This document shows, piece after piece, positions 20,401-26,869 of a stretch of 26,869 nt of DNA. The stretch covers positions 1 to 26,869 of IMG/VR virus record IMGVR_UViG_3300012953_003636; one strand, 5' to 3'. The notes under the pieces were generated by a model, which was not told the DNA's origin, did no database searches, and worked only from the letters and a program-made list of their open reading frames with translations. Source of the stretch: a virus (lineage: Duplodnaviria; Caudoviricetes). The position numbers were made by a program, and so were the translations under genes. Within the stretch, counting starts at the first letter, position 1. Each line of letters opens with the position of its first letter.

Positions 20401-21140
20401 ACAATCAAGAATGGGTATTAGCTGCACCTTTAGTTCATTCATTCTTTATTCCAAGAGGATTTACTGAAGAAGAAACATTGTATGCACAGTTTGCAAGAGA
20501 TTGGCAATTAGGTGAAGCGTTACGTTGGGATCGTACAACTGAAGAAATACAAATTGCTATTCAAAGTGTTGCTCCTTCTGTTGAATATTATCAAACAAAA
20601 GAAGCTCATTTAAGACAATTAAATATATTCAGAGAAGCTAGAGACAGTGGTCGTAGAAACGATATAAAACCGGGTGTGTCATGGGCTGATATGATTATGA
20701 TGGAAGAAGAAAGCTGGGATTCATACGATGCAACGTTTAAAGAACGGTATCCTATATGGGCAGAAAATACGTTCGGTTTAGATTCTCAACATAAACGTAA
20801 AGAAACGCTTGATGAAATGCGTCGTTTGTTTACATCAGATAATATTGATGCAATTCCTGACAGCCCACATAAAACCGATATTCTTTCAGGTATGAAATTA
20901 ATTATTAATTTAGATAACGCTTTAATACAATTATCTGGTGTAAGAGGTAGTAATGACAAAGGTGTTAAATGGACATCTATTCGTAATAATCTTATACTTG
21001 ATACATACAACGAATTTAGTGCTTTAGTTGCGGGTAGACCGTGGCTTAACACAATGTTTTATAACTTGCTTTTGCCTTTCATTGGTGAAGATTGGGTAAT
21101 AAAGTTAGAAGAAGGCACATTAGATTTAGGAGTTAATTAA
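8490..21140 (+). CDS. Giant polyvalent internal virion / ejection protein with SLOG, ASCH-like and AlkB domains
   Basis: Uninterrupted 4216-aa ORF in the structural operon. Largely helical backbone with motifs seen in large phage internal proteins (FWRPKVLLKLGVAPRNFFD; IPFHFAHFQFLSRWAK...NP...D..TG....KIPF) and embedded enzyme domains. Confidence 0.8.
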   Translation: MSVEEEVYAGGGSSSRGGRGGQRRSVSPSGGSNDEAQITFNRRLQLLSDAGAGGLFQLDNDLLSELILNTTISDGEMLQSFYSALDETHKNSAVDYLKGMKKESQRFFWNALPDATRNELNQFGYELPQKDKIDWWNPWDWKDFFDEEVGSEFKKNALSWYNPIDAIKHPKKYFGTAAKTIAKNPWLGVTAPISLIGAAGSYIPRKTIEGIDWLFHNVGGRAKRGFAVGMDSMTGIHPNDLLKPFHGVVKYWDNAKHAETTYSDETINAIKDQLNGNETLYEQLLYTQRYGDISEGIFRYYLDENGGDQIDARKSMERFLSSGVLNSTSWRGAERYAMAGNITYGGLHMDAWDDLVLQIPPYFGGARREDLWGFEGLETKRPDSFQGYETEVYDEEAKEWVNGEKIIRGVEYYDSRQEALSHASNFYDWNRKAIGVTFEIIGSITFDPTNAGLMSIAKIRHARSSIRMGNNSTLQGYQGAVQTEREAASAIRALDELQEAVEMGVPAYKAASEVGQGSRLTRGIFNGTDGSRKSVKGVLKTWAEKSGDTYFRNTSRWRKEELRSEGRKVYQINEAFAKHELWLVEQRILQAAGKPSHETTSPLVELIRKDPRFESVIEGMERWHHQRKTAIGTQDTEIIDVLDEAGNVIKTERVFVEPTDFNIPVKKPGLDEWDGWWDFVGEQAGYYTMTVALNQRHQSNIIFPRISWGGILKNRAFLSARTFMSKGDSLQGLRGGIWADSVMRHEAISQRMIGDAVYTHIQTEPHFSKALKAITHDEIWSATIRPQYFEEHAKSLAKKWQLSDDEVVVLQELITAQRNKATRKLHEMYDAVILKGDDLDDYIKANFGDPELSQIMKDNWVHIDEFWQTHYSNHGVPKFDKDTGQLLFPANWWRNWGRQGKAYAERRRRGLLTKPGSVENEHLLRFPNEVTKTTTQTWDELYHAGIDVGKARHNLNSAKIATPDELMQLLETQGIKWVAEELKMSVKDLKSFIKSDLHLYYVENKMYNAAGKLRDFGLAVAYQTMYKPMQWTSYFFKNAPQKNTINVNTDFMNNHEMVGELKSLVDMGTLGGVPTTVIDQYISRFLYGTEGQRMNIINEFLYDVMGRSGGFAYGRKKALDIFNEYALSTQQAYSNIGQDLFLGKSGLTVGAMLPAEAHAAQLTKLKLIPDWRQVGRMTQHMGLLRNLGYRFGIAQLDLFFQKFWRPKVLLKLGVAPRNFFDEALQMGLRHGFGAQVDTRLAITAAGRISQRDEYGRIFGAQVGDVAWTKEQIIKGDRQALLRQLAGVQPVAQSNIALLKFPAIVSRKFLDVMQMGNKAIHKKAEKAAIAREGGRWDKLPSEEKDAIVRNEMIKLYQEESGFVSEAAMHTQFVLEWKLQEMLPNAHLTSKLSPFDPAISDKIAVANKILEMRGVSGAKQREGVYHALNNPVVMEAVTESLMRPLAPYMDDAKGTDLVVRHGGDTHNRNIMYRLEMDPSRIETKFYTETRNSRERVEGALQQMNWMKDEPAAVEMGVELAHHIDEPMNLFFRDIVPPGYQAPWRKTGKPALPQGTGMPPHVPDIDIKNVDTGVGSSIHRATDSLKNVEGKLEIHLDFGVLAKQYKAILFNHKNITKGPNAVALKTLGYNPSTFVKGLSELNLTAGHSSVPETFLNALNVERAKMGMAPKKAGDVLEEAEPFYLYSFERQLAAVRLQHYDDAVSASDLVKANQIALQQLGVGESAALSSKVPLAHPVTRIISGGQSGADIAGVRAGRALQIETGGVAPVGKTGKLSSSKEKTKYGKLVTDEEMRDLGITEVEGPIPEDGGNWGEYYMRRTKANIDASDGTVIFTQPNLPKTIKGRGVSGTERTIKYATDKADYPDPLIFNAEKFTDKDKTRLLKWLKRNNIQTLNVAGPRQHVVEMKWQTNKKNSVVLSGKFGKGNIFKAAAGSKSKTLFEAVVKGERNALIAPKSTEVRSDTVRGMERDPELAKGVSPLIEKGYKSGEAKILPIDLNPGLLERFGEGELLTITSGKEKVLVRVISKKPSDEYKSRELAKKLGYEYDTRTQNWDELAVSHTVIEFEVVAEDLLKTAPDFESSVQKFLTDSLSGGARTYVPPAPTASGIDLQKNLEAIEELGGQLDYYPQSIQGITLDDVDNVVEWQSPFGASKPEVTVLGEVGTDYYYTYHHYHIVDEGKPVGTVLRSKGNGTKGSTKHVYVQGGWDPVIQDVKNQVEAITGYEFDTVIVQKYARGNVDLGFHYDKETGTWPAQPEAIIASVNLGATRDFVFRPRTYIDKTGKRVEYSRQAWNKTSRKEEHVPFELNDKDVFLMREGTQDAWEHSLMRRKGNVGPRINLTFRRRNPAIQKKSRGDAAVPFRGEDVASSGFTPAPPKPPAFAPASPPPPEDPSSQFARAAYDKVTEMGVRSHLREFYENVHTFEQGTMRDEVNLLIKNIKKTVGITPSEEKFIRGLLTPSDKNVGYVHSNALAWLVNYRVNPEALVGGRDLQPIVSRQVDRGVKEFTTISGQDRLRSLKAHGGHQGVMLPVPPDRVEIFLPQINGDAALHLGYLFEAARGPMTIELRNALKGFLVKELGTDKLAIDALNMLNPMNNPYGSTLPSAWLERNVPKGGSFLGQLISNNPSNGSPGTFVPLGRHTGVQQQTVIGLTGSHNSEHAQAISRAVEKWNEWIYQSGGQIGSQMLDDALNPMGPFKSLPSVRRLYSKGEYQADIGFGRQFGSSQGINLPRGGYGQDVSRPPSVYIAGEGWADKKSVPLGWVEERADGVPTGKWIPDETPMPSEFEPTGIIGLETELEARNIRFPTTPQSPEKLATTLDRREYLEEEIINLAHSLLSLPSGSKVTYPFSATASYQRWKGDLPYYDDFGFTLNRLIKIVNDHGASSTSTIADLEREIWQILGDLPTVSKGIADLPYIGTVGGVKHDGVRRIFTDFEPTDLVPNLEIKGNPVGDITQFDSDILKPWNMSYEEVQWMHDDPSLIVGDTIEQLAQRDIGFEQDVFWNYARPDEQFFPAAGLSTAKPGDVIPPRGVIGRKKTPETHDALFQAGVKDVEEYMINRISGMPEEKLAAFLKWRQQQIDEAIQAGHVDAVWPFFRNPSSATFDYDGAAKTILRNPDPQDYPVSFKETAKELKTKNIPIDETAQQNMPTRTAAIVKSKLRTIAESDTPRALWTYDSERAASLRPSDIGGFHHGIDLVGVNPKSVGPNDIETVMDSHNVFHVWEHTKTKDIHILPDTAYNPTTKELNIPVGFNPKDYKSIGSFEAGSNDMAQFTRVQTEKIKNEMNHLLTTHDRVEASGGAQVNHPMLLELTGFPKDAAMSEARLVTHSNDGLLPQRMLHTMPAGAPKTGAGGAVMSGIKHLERAFFGGYMHPVIKAGIREPMFLWYFSETWATKSLGITEFYQHSANAFKFLETTLLKEVPNWLLPSRLSPHHKAMHNGVEQFDIPELRTFIETFRNRRKAEDVTAVFADVVDDWMSGVKDKNLLLEQVFDLPKGEVRIGNDYGLPGGGNLKGTHSLSKAYGNNPDEALRDALANRNYYDVEINFKDKGLFHRVFAGNEEQFFHLKETLPTDEYNLFIRSIMEWMSQQLASHHARVDFAMLDSAKRMSHYVDMHTKRSFFQEMVGSAIPFHFAHFQFLSRWAKTIEHNPAAIPRLNWLLFAAVQTGYRYEDERTGQMRLKIPFTETGVGIFLEVMNSIPIVQKFFGSKLLSVFEDGVGFPERFILPGYDPDNLLEFQLGPILGIPLTAASHVIGPQLLNEGLLGVGENLVMNRTYDEPLVNSIFGQLLPTTFVRPFAAVLNAFGGSDIAGLYSKAEADAVMILGLKGMLPDQADMAGRPGEEVFNQNWYEAISHIAKVKMVMDMVTWQIVGTSSRSTILSSDAAWEWNELMQRGIDMGMPHEEAFEYMLDQAKEDFDANFAIEYPNISTDDSFYWDEWNREITRIGTTGVGATEKITIADLPMTVAAWEWLTTGDNQEWVLAAPLVHSFFIPRGFTEEETLYAQFARDWQLGEALRWDRTTEEIQIAIQSVAPSVEYYQTKEAHLRQLNIFREARDSGRRNDIKPGVSWADMIMMEEESWDSYDATFKERYPIWAENTFGLDSQHKRKETLDEMRRLFTSDNIDAIPDSPHKTDILSGMKLIINLDNALIQLSGVRGSNDKGVKWTSIRNNLILDTYNEFSALVAGRPWLNTMFYNLLLPFIGEDWVIKLEEGTLDLGVN
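13692..14753 (+). other. cpYpsA-type SLOG domain within the giant protein (interrupted by an insertion)
   Basis: RIISGGQSGADIAGVRAG.....TGGVAP, Y.RRTKANIDASDGTVIF, SGTERTIKYA and WLKRNNIQTLNVAGPR match the circularly permuted YpsA (formerly putative molybdenum carrier) family; the probable final helix PDFESSVQKFLTDSL is at 14709-14753. Confidence 0.85.
14283..14685 (+). other. ASCH/PUA-like domain within the giant protein
   Basis: FEAVVKGERNA resembles ASCH F..I..G.K/R.; followed by GEGELLTI....KVLVRVIS, a LAKKLGY helix and a terminal VIEFEVV strand. Confidence 0.55.
14850..15512 (+). other. AlkB-family 2OG-Fe(II) dioxygenase domain within the giant protein
   Basis: W.P....VK..VE..TG..FD.V.V..Y, HxD (GFHYDKE, H at 15207), IASVNLGATRDFVFR, L.....FLM...TQ..WEH (H at 15450) and PRINLTFR (Rx5R at 15486-15506): full ALKBH2/3-like motif order. 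Confidence 0.92.
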
Positions 21141-21142
21141 AC

Positions 21143-22972
21143 ATGCCACCAGATGATTTAGATGAATTTACTCCAAATGAGGGGAGTGTTCCTTCTGGCG
21201 CTCCTGAACCAGATAATCCTTGGGAAATAGAACAACCTAATTTTACAGGTGGTGGTGTTAATACACAAGAAGCTGCTTCTTTATCTACAATAATTCAAGC
21301 ACCAGATAAACTTCATCATATTTATTTAGCTAACAGTGACCCTGCAACTTCTTTTACTAGAATGATTAATGTTCTTTTAGATAACTATATTTATTATGTA
21401 ACATTTAGTGGCAACGCTCCTTTGCCTGCTGATTCAATATATGGGGCTGTTGATCCTTTAGGTTTAAGTGGACAGTTTGGTGAAATTATGGGAGCAGGAG
21501 GAGTAGAGGGACGTACTCCTATGACTGTTGAAGTTGTTGAAATAAATTCTGTAGGCGGACAAGAGCTTTTAAGAAATTATCATGCAGCTAATGGGGATGG
21601 TGGCGGAGAAAAAAATAGAACATACGAACAATTAAACGACGAAGAAAAAGCTAAAGTAGATGCACATATAACTGGTACTTATGCTGGACATGAGTTTATG
21701 TTTTTAGCACCAGAAGATGAGGGTGCTACTTTTAGAGATCCATTAAATCTTAATTTGTATGATGATCCTGAAACAGATGTGAATGAAGGTGTGCAAATTC
21801 CTATGATAGGTATTGTTCCTTCTTATGATGGAACGAACATGGGATACATTTCAACAATAGAAGAAATGATGATGGGTGTACCGTTAGATCAAAAAAGTTT
21901 AGATTACTATATGCGTAATTTAGAAACAAAAAGCCCTGATATGTTTCGTGCAGTTCAAGGACAGCTTTCTGCTTTAGGATATTACAACACTGATTCTGGT
22001 GGACCAGAATGGGGTTACTCTAGGAATAGAGACAGGCAAGCGTTTCGTAGTTTTATGGCTGACATTATTACTGAACGTGTAAGAGTAGAGGATTACAACA
22101 GAAAGAATCCTAACAGCCCAATTTCTATGGCTAGGGTAGGAGAGTATTTAGATAAAAGATTTTTTTCTAATATTGAAGCTAACAGCGCTAAATGGGGTGT
22201 AGGCGTTACAAAAGATGCAGATGGTAATACTATTTCTATGTCTCCAATGAGAGGTTTACAAAACGATGTGCAATCAGAAATTGTAAATACATTAAATAAT
22301 TTGTGGAATGGTACAGGCAGGCAAGTCGGTGACAGAGAACAAGACATAATAGAAAAAGCATTTAATGAATTGTATGTTGCAGGTGACATTGATCCTACTG
22401 AATATAAAACAGAAGGGTTTACTGATTTAATGGGGTTAGCTGATTCTTTTGGTGCTGAATATTATGGCGGTCAAGAAGGATGGGAAAATAATATACGGAT
22501 AGGAATTGGTGGTAATCGAAACGAGTTTTTGCGTATGGCAAGAGCTGCTGGTGTGCCAATAAATGTTGACGAAGCTCCTACTGCTCAACAACGTAAAGAT
22601 ATTTATAGATGGAATTTTATTACTTTGTTAAATAAAAACAATGGTAACTTTGAAGCAGCAAGTAATGAATTTGCTAATACTTTTGGCGCTCAAACATTTA
22701 GAAATCAAGAATATAATTCTGATTGGTTAAGAAATGTAATTTCAAATGCTCAAACTCCTACATCATTTGGTCATGTAGCCGGGGCTAAAACAATGCTTGA
22801 GCAAGACGAACTACGGTTAGGTGCTTTAGACGATATAACTAAACGTGTTCAAGTTGCTTCTGGTTTTGGTAATGAAAAATCTGGTATGGCTAGGAAAGCA
22901 GCTAACGATGTGCTTGCAGCTTTTGCTTCTGTAGGGAAAGGTAATCAAAGAGACAGAGGTACTAGAATATGA
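21143..22972 (+). CDS. Putative internal virion protein with a peptidoglycan-binding-like motif
   Basis: GGAG upstream. Acidic 609-aa protein; VQGQLSALGYY.....WG.....RQAFRSF (about 21950-22056) resembles the three-helix PG_binding_1 pattern. Confidence 0.55.
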   Translation: MPPDDLDEFTPNEGSVPSGAPEPDNPWEIEQPNFTGGGVNTQEAASLSTIIQAPDKLHHIYLANSDPATSFTRMINVLLDNYIYYVTFSGNAPLPADSIYGAVDPLGLSGQFGEIMGAGGVEGRTPMTVEVVEINSVGGQELLRNYHAANGDGGGEKNRTYEQLNDEEKAKVDAHITGTYAGHEFMFLAPEDEGATFRDPLNLNLYDDPETDVNEGVQIPMIGIVPSYDGTNMGYISTIEEMMMGVPLDQKSLDYYMRNLETKSPDMFRAVQGQLSALGYYNTDSGGPEWGYSRNRDRQAFRSFMADIITERVRVEDYNRKNPNSPISMARVGEYLDKRFFSNIEANSAKWGVGVTKDADGNTISMSPMRGLQNDVQSEIVNTLNNLWNGTGRQVGDREQDIIEKAFNELYVAGDIDPTEYKTEGFTDLMGLADSFGAEYYGGQEGWENNIRIGIGGNRNEFLRMARAAGVPINVDEAPTAQQRKDIYRWNFITLLNKNNGNFEAASNEFANTFGAQTFRNQEYNSDWLRNVISNAQTPTSFGHVAGAKTMLEQDELRLGALDDITKRVQVASGFGNEKSGMARKAANDVLAAFASVGKGNQRDRGTRI

Positions 22973-24264
22973 CGTTTATTACAGGTAATAATGCTCCTCT
23001 AGTTAAAGATGAAGTCATAGAAGCAGTAGACATTCTTTATGATGTTAATCAATGGGCTTGGAATCAAGGCGTAGAAGTATTAGATGAGTTATGGAATCCT
23101 TTTGGAAATAATGTTAATAAGTGGCTTGGTGAAATGCAGCATCTTGTAGTTCCTGTTATGGGCAAATCTAATCCTGATGATATTAAACAAATGTGGGATT
23201 ATTTATATGGGATGCATGGAGAAAGTGCATCCGATATGTTTGCTCCCTCTGGTTCTAATCCTTTAGAAGATGGTTTAGGATTGTATGTAATTTATGAAGA
23301 TGAAAAAGCTGAGAAAAAAGGAAAAGAAACATTAGGTCAGTATGGGTTAGCTTCTCCTGTTATACCTAATATGATTGTACCAATGGGATTGTATTTAGAT
23401 GACACTCCTTATGATATCCCTAATGTTGACACAGCTAAATACAATATAGGTAACACTAAAACAAGACGCAGATTTGACGCTATGAACGAAGGTTTTGAAA
23501 GTATTTACAGTCCAATATTTTATGCACCTCAATGGGAACTAGGTCAAGCAGGAACTAAATGGGCTAATAAATATCAAATGAATCGTGGAAATGTAGAAAA
23601 CCCAGAGTTGCGTTATGCAGATGTGCCAAATCCTGAAACAGATGCAGGGTTAAGTCGTGGTAATCCAAACTTTGGTAGAAATTTACCAAGTATGGCTACG
23701 CCTGATTACGAAGAACAAGCTCGTGATTTAGCTGTAGTTATGGCTATGCAAGAAAATGATGGAGCAGGTTACGATGACGGCTGGGGTGATCCAACAGTAA
23801 AGTATAATGGCGCATATCAGTTTAGTGAAAATGATTGGGCTTATTGGAGCAACGATTTATATGGTGAACCAGTTACAGGTAAACCTAATCCTGATGTTCA
23901 AGATGCTGTAGCTGAACATAAATTTAAATCTTTTTTAGAAAAATATGATGGTGACATAGGCGCAGTAGCTGCTGAACATTATGCTGGTATCCCAGCTAAA
24001 ATTCGTTTCTATGACAAAGGAATAGATTTTACTCATGGGAAACCTAATAGTGAACATCCAACTATGATGGAATATGTATCTTATATTAATCGTTCTTATT
24101 TAAATTATTTGAATACAAAACAGTCATCTGGAACAGGGTCTGTTGTAAAGGGTGAAGGTTTACCTTCTGTTACTGGTGCTAATTATGCACGTACAAAAGA
24201 AGAACGTTTAGCTTATGAATTACCTGATACAAATTTTTTAGATAAGAATCGAGGTTTAAGATAA
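22969..24264 (+). CDS. Virion-associated lytic transglycosylase (lysozyme-like / Rpf-like C-terminal domain)
   Basis: Helix-end catalytic Glu (MAMQEND), GAYQF...DW, P.VQDAVA, and KY.GD..AVAA.HYAG....YV..I at about 23730-24090. Confidence 0.75.
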   Translation: MTFITGNNAPLVKDEVIEAVDILYDVNQWAWNQGVEVLDELWNPFGNNVNKWLGEMQHLVVPVMGKSNPDDIKQMWDYLYGMHGESASDMFAPSGSNPLEDGLGLYVIYEDEKAEKKGKETLGQYGLASPVIPNMIVPMGLYLDDTPYDIPNVDTAKYNIGNTKTRRRFDAMNEGFESIYSPIFYAPQWELGQAGTKWANKYQMNRGNVENPELRYADVPNPETDAGLSRGNPNFGRNLPSMATPDYEEQARDLAVVMAMQENDGAGYDDGWGDPTVKYNGAYQFSENDWAYWSNDLYGEPVTGKPNPDVQDAVAEHKFKSFLEKYDGDIGAVAAEHYAGIPAKIRFYDKGIDFTHGKPNSEHPTMMEYVSYINRSYLNYLNTKQSSGTGSVVKGEGLPSVTGANYARTKEERLAYELPDTNFLDKNRGLR

Positions 24265-25373
24265 TGAATCTTCCTAATATAGATTACGATGCACTAGGAA
24301 ATGCAGAAGAACAAATGACTGTTTTTGGAGAACATTGGTTAGAAGATTTCTATGATGAGTTTCCTGCTTGGGCTTCAATAATTAGAAATGATGAAAACCT
24401 TAAAGGAATTATTTTTGATTGGTGGAATAAACACGGCAGGACAATGAGTTCTGATGGTCTACCATATACAGATTTGTATGACGGATTAATGAATGCTCTT
24501 AAAGAAAGTGAATGGTATTTAACGCAACCAGAAAAACTTCGTAATGCTTTAATATTAGAAGCAACTGATCCAGCTACATACGAATATAATTTTAATGAAA
24601 ATATGCGTTACGCAACAGACATTGTAGGCACATATTTTGGAGGTGAGTTTTCTCCAGATTTTTATAAATTTTTGTCTAACGAAGCTTTACGAAATGATTG
24701 GACTGATGATCGATTTAAAAGAGAAATTATAGGTGCAGCCCGTTCAGGCAAATGGACAAAATCTGCACCAAATTCAGGCCGTGTTAAACAAAACCATGAC
24801 GATATTATGAGCTATGCACAAGACATGCTTGTACCAGTAGGCGGTGACGCTTGGGATTTAGCTTGGAAAATAGCTGAAGGTACTAGAAATCTTAATGATG
24901 CAAAAGATTTTGTAGATGGGTTAGCAGAAAGTAGATACGGGCAATGGATTGATATACGTGGTTTAACTAATAGAGGCATGACTATGGCTGATGTTGTTGC
25001 AGAACAAAAAGATGCAATTGTTGAAACATTAGAATTGAATCCTGAAGATGTCCACATGTGGAAGATACCTGTTGATGATTTGTTTGTTGATCCTTCTCAA
25101 AGCCCTCTTTCTCCTCCTACTATCCCTGATACTAAAGGTATAGACAAAGGATTAGAAGCAAGTAACGATCAAGGTGTGCAACTGTTTTCTAGTAAAGCTA
25201 CTAAATTTGGTGAAGTTATGACAGAAGAAGGTTCTAGAACTAGAAGACTTAGAACAGCAGACGAAGCTAGAACTTGGGCTAAAGGTAGAGATAGGTATCA
25301 AACAACTAGAGGCTTTAGAGATAGTATCAGAAGTCTTTCTGGTGCCATGGCTCAAACGATGGGAACAAGGTAA
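24264..25373 (+). CDS. Putative internal virion protein
   Basis: TAATG-coupled helical protein in the internal-protein block; LKESEWY......R......TDPATY motif recalled from actinophage virion proteins (unverified). Confidence 0.55.
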   Translation: MNLPNIDYDALGNAEEQMTVFGEHWLEDFYDEFPAWASIIRNDENLKGIIFDWWNKHGRTMSSDGLPYTDLYDGLMNALKESEWYLTQPEKLRNALILEATDPATYEYNFNENMRYATDIVGTYFGGEFSPDFYKFLSNEALRNDWTDDRFKREIIGAARSGKWTKSAPNSGRVKQNHDDIMSYAQDMLVPVGGDAWDLAWKIAEGTRNLNDAKDFVDGLAESRYGQWIDIRGLTNRGMTMADVVAEQKDAIVETLELNPEDVHMWKIPVDDLFVDPSQSPLSPPTIPDTKGIDKGLEASNDQGVQLFSSKATKFGEVMTEEGSRTRRLRTADEARTWAKGRDRYQTTRGFRDSIRSLSGAMAQTMGTR

Positions 25374-26791
25374 TGGCAGAAGATTATTTTATTGACAATG
25401 ATGAAACAGATCCATTGGCAAATGTATCTACAGAAGATCAAAATGCTGTAGATGCTTTTTTAAGAAGCATTAGTGGCATTGGACAAGCTGCTGTAGAACA
25501 AGGCAAATCTTTTATAGAAGGAGTTGTTCAACATTTTCAAGATCCTTTAGGAGATCAAAGCGGAAGTATTTTAAGTACAAAAGCTGCTGAAGAACTTTTA
25601 AAAGGAACAAGTATTAATGATGCTTCAATGTTTGGTTGGGGTAGTCAGATGGATAAAGGAATGTTAGGTCCGACAGATCCTTCTACTGGTTTACCAACAG
25701 ATAAATTGTTTCTTCAAAGTGAGAAACCTACAACTACTATTGTAGATGATGGAGGTTATGTTGCTCCCCCAAGTCTCGGAGATCAAGCAGGTGTTCAAAC
25801 AGGTAATCAAGGAGATGATTGGGGTGGATTTCAAAACGACCCTGAACCTTTTGGAACAGATGTATTGCCTACATTATCTCAAAGAGAAATAGATGACGCT
25901 AAAGATTTTATAGCAGCAGAATTAAGATTAGCAGGATTTAATACTGGTTCGATTACATCTATGATTGAAAACTGGATTATCCCTAGATTAACTGGAAAAT
26001 TTATTGACACTGTTAGTGGAAAAGCAATGCCTCCACCTACTGAAGCTAAAAATCTTTTACCTGAATTGTTTGAACGTCCTGAATTTAAAGAAAGATTTCC
26101 GGGCTATCATCCTCGTCTTGAAGCAGGTTATAACGCTATAGATATTCAAGATTATTTAGCATATGAAAATACTTTTAAAGAATTGATGTATACCCACGGG
26201 TTAGATACTTATATTAATAATGCTACTAATACTAAAACTATGGATACATACATTGGTGATTTAATTACTGGCAATGTTTCTATACAACAAGTTCAACAAC
26301 GTATTAATCAAGGTGTGTCTGCTGTTATGAATGCGCCTGAACAAGTTCAAACTACTTTTGCAAATTGGTATGGAGAAAAAAATGGAGAGAACGCGCTGCT
26401 TGCTAACTTCTTAGATCCTAATGAAGATTTGTTTGATCTTAAAAACATGGCTCAAGCTGCTATAGCTGGAGGTTATGCAATAGATATTCTTGGAGAAGAT
26501 GGAAGAATTACTCAAAACATGGCTGAAGAAATTGCTGATTTAGATTACAGCAATCAACAATTACAACAAGCTTATAGTCAGTTGTCTCAACAAACTTTAT
26601 TGTTTGCCGAAAAAGCTGGTGAAGAAGATTACACTATTGCTAGAGAAGGTGTTTTGTCTGCTTTAAATATGAACTCAGAAGTACAAGAACGTGTTCGTCG
26701 TCGTAAAAGAGAAAGAATGGGTGACTTCTCTGGTGGCGGTGGTGCCATGGTTTCAGGCACAACTACAGGTTTTGGTAGCGCAAATAGATAG
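25373..26791 (+). CDS. Putative internal virion protein
   Basis: TAATG-coupled; PEFKERFPG...R..AG..AI....YLAYE..F motif, Gln-rich helices and an RRRKRE...FSGGGG C-terminus, consistent with ejection-type proteins. Confidence 0.6.
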   Translation: MAEDYFIDNDETDPLANVSTEDQNAVDAFLRSISGIGQAAVEQGKSFIEGVVQHFQDPLGDQSGSILSTKAAEELLKGTSINDASMFGWGSQMDKGMLGPTDPSTGLPTDKLFLQSEKPTTTIVDDGGYVAPPSLGDQAGVQTGNQGDDWGGFQNDPEPFGTDVLPTLSQREIDDAKDFIAAELRLAGFNTGSITSMIENWIIPRLTGKFIDTVSGKAMPPPTEAKNLLPELFERPEFKERFPGYHPRLEAGYNAIDIQDYLAYENTFKELMYTHGLDTYINNATNTKTMDTYIGDLITGNVSIQQVQQRINQGVSAVMNAPEQVQTTFANWYGEKNGENALLANFLDPNEDLFDLKNMAQAAIAGGYAIDILGEDGRITQNMAEEIADLDYSNQQLQQAYSQLSQQTLLFAEKAGEEDYTIAREGVLSALNMNSEVQERVRRRKRERMGDFSGGGGAMVSGTTTGFGSANR

Positions 26792-26799
26792 GAGAATAT

Positions 26800-26869
26800 A
26801 TGCCAAAATATGCAACTAGCTCTTCCAAAGGGAAAGCTAAGAAAGTACCATATAAGAAAGTAAGGAAAG
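26800..26869 (+). CDS. Lys-rich ORF truncated at the window edge (MPKYATSSSKGKAKKVPYKKVRK...)
   Basis: AGGAG at 26790-26794, ATG at 26800, reading frame open to the end of the window; not in the ORF track. Confidence 0.55.
   Translation, partial: MPKYATSSSKGKAKKVPYKKVRK

Noticed and set aside
8490-21140. Giant ORF as a virion RNA polymerase (N4-like or crAss-like)
   Set aside because: The size fits, but I found no DxDGD/DFDxD motif and no convincing T7-type polymerase motif set. A structure search would be needed to exclude it fully.
8490-21140. Tape measure protein or intein-containing protein
   Set aside because: No tape-measure periodicity, no neighbouring tail tube genes, and no recognisable intein splice motifs around the inserted domains.
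112-25355. Other short minus-strand and nested ORFs in the track (60-98 aa)
   Set aside because: All overlap well-supported + strand genes and show no motifs or plausible protein composition.
1-26869. Stop-codon reassignment, tRNAs, CRISPR arrays, DGR repeats or intrinsic terminators
   Set aside because: TAA, TAG and TGA all end genes with tight packing under code 11. Intergenic space is minimal, and no array, TR/VR pair, reverse transcriptase or hairpin plus U-tract was seen by eye.

Overview
This AT-rich window is a single + strand virion-morphogenesis operon of a tailed dsDNA phage with podovirus-like organisation. The host is probably actinobacterial (inferred, not shown). Gene order: putative promoter and 8-codon mini-ORF; tail/fibre module (including three tandem paralogs, a tail-fibre chaperone and a protein with 14 x 20-aa repeats); terminase large subunit with an N-terminal TerS-like HTH; portal; small Pro/Gln-rich protein; giant 4216-aa putative internal (ejected) virion protein; four further putative internal proteins, one with a peptidoglycan-binding-like motif and one with a lysozyme/Rpf-like transglycosylase domain; and a truncated Lys-rich ORF. 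The most notable feature is an enzyme cassette in the middle of the giant protein, bounded by Pro-rich linkers. It contains a cpYpsA-type SLOG domain that appears to be split by an inserted ASCH-like domain, followed by an AlkB-family 2OG-Fe(II) dioxygenase with intact metal ligands but altered substrate-lid residues. This may be a virion-delivered nucleic-acid repair, demodification or counter-defence system. No capsid gene, RNA genes, CRISPR arrays or mobile elements were recognised. All family calls come from motif recognition by eye, not database searches.
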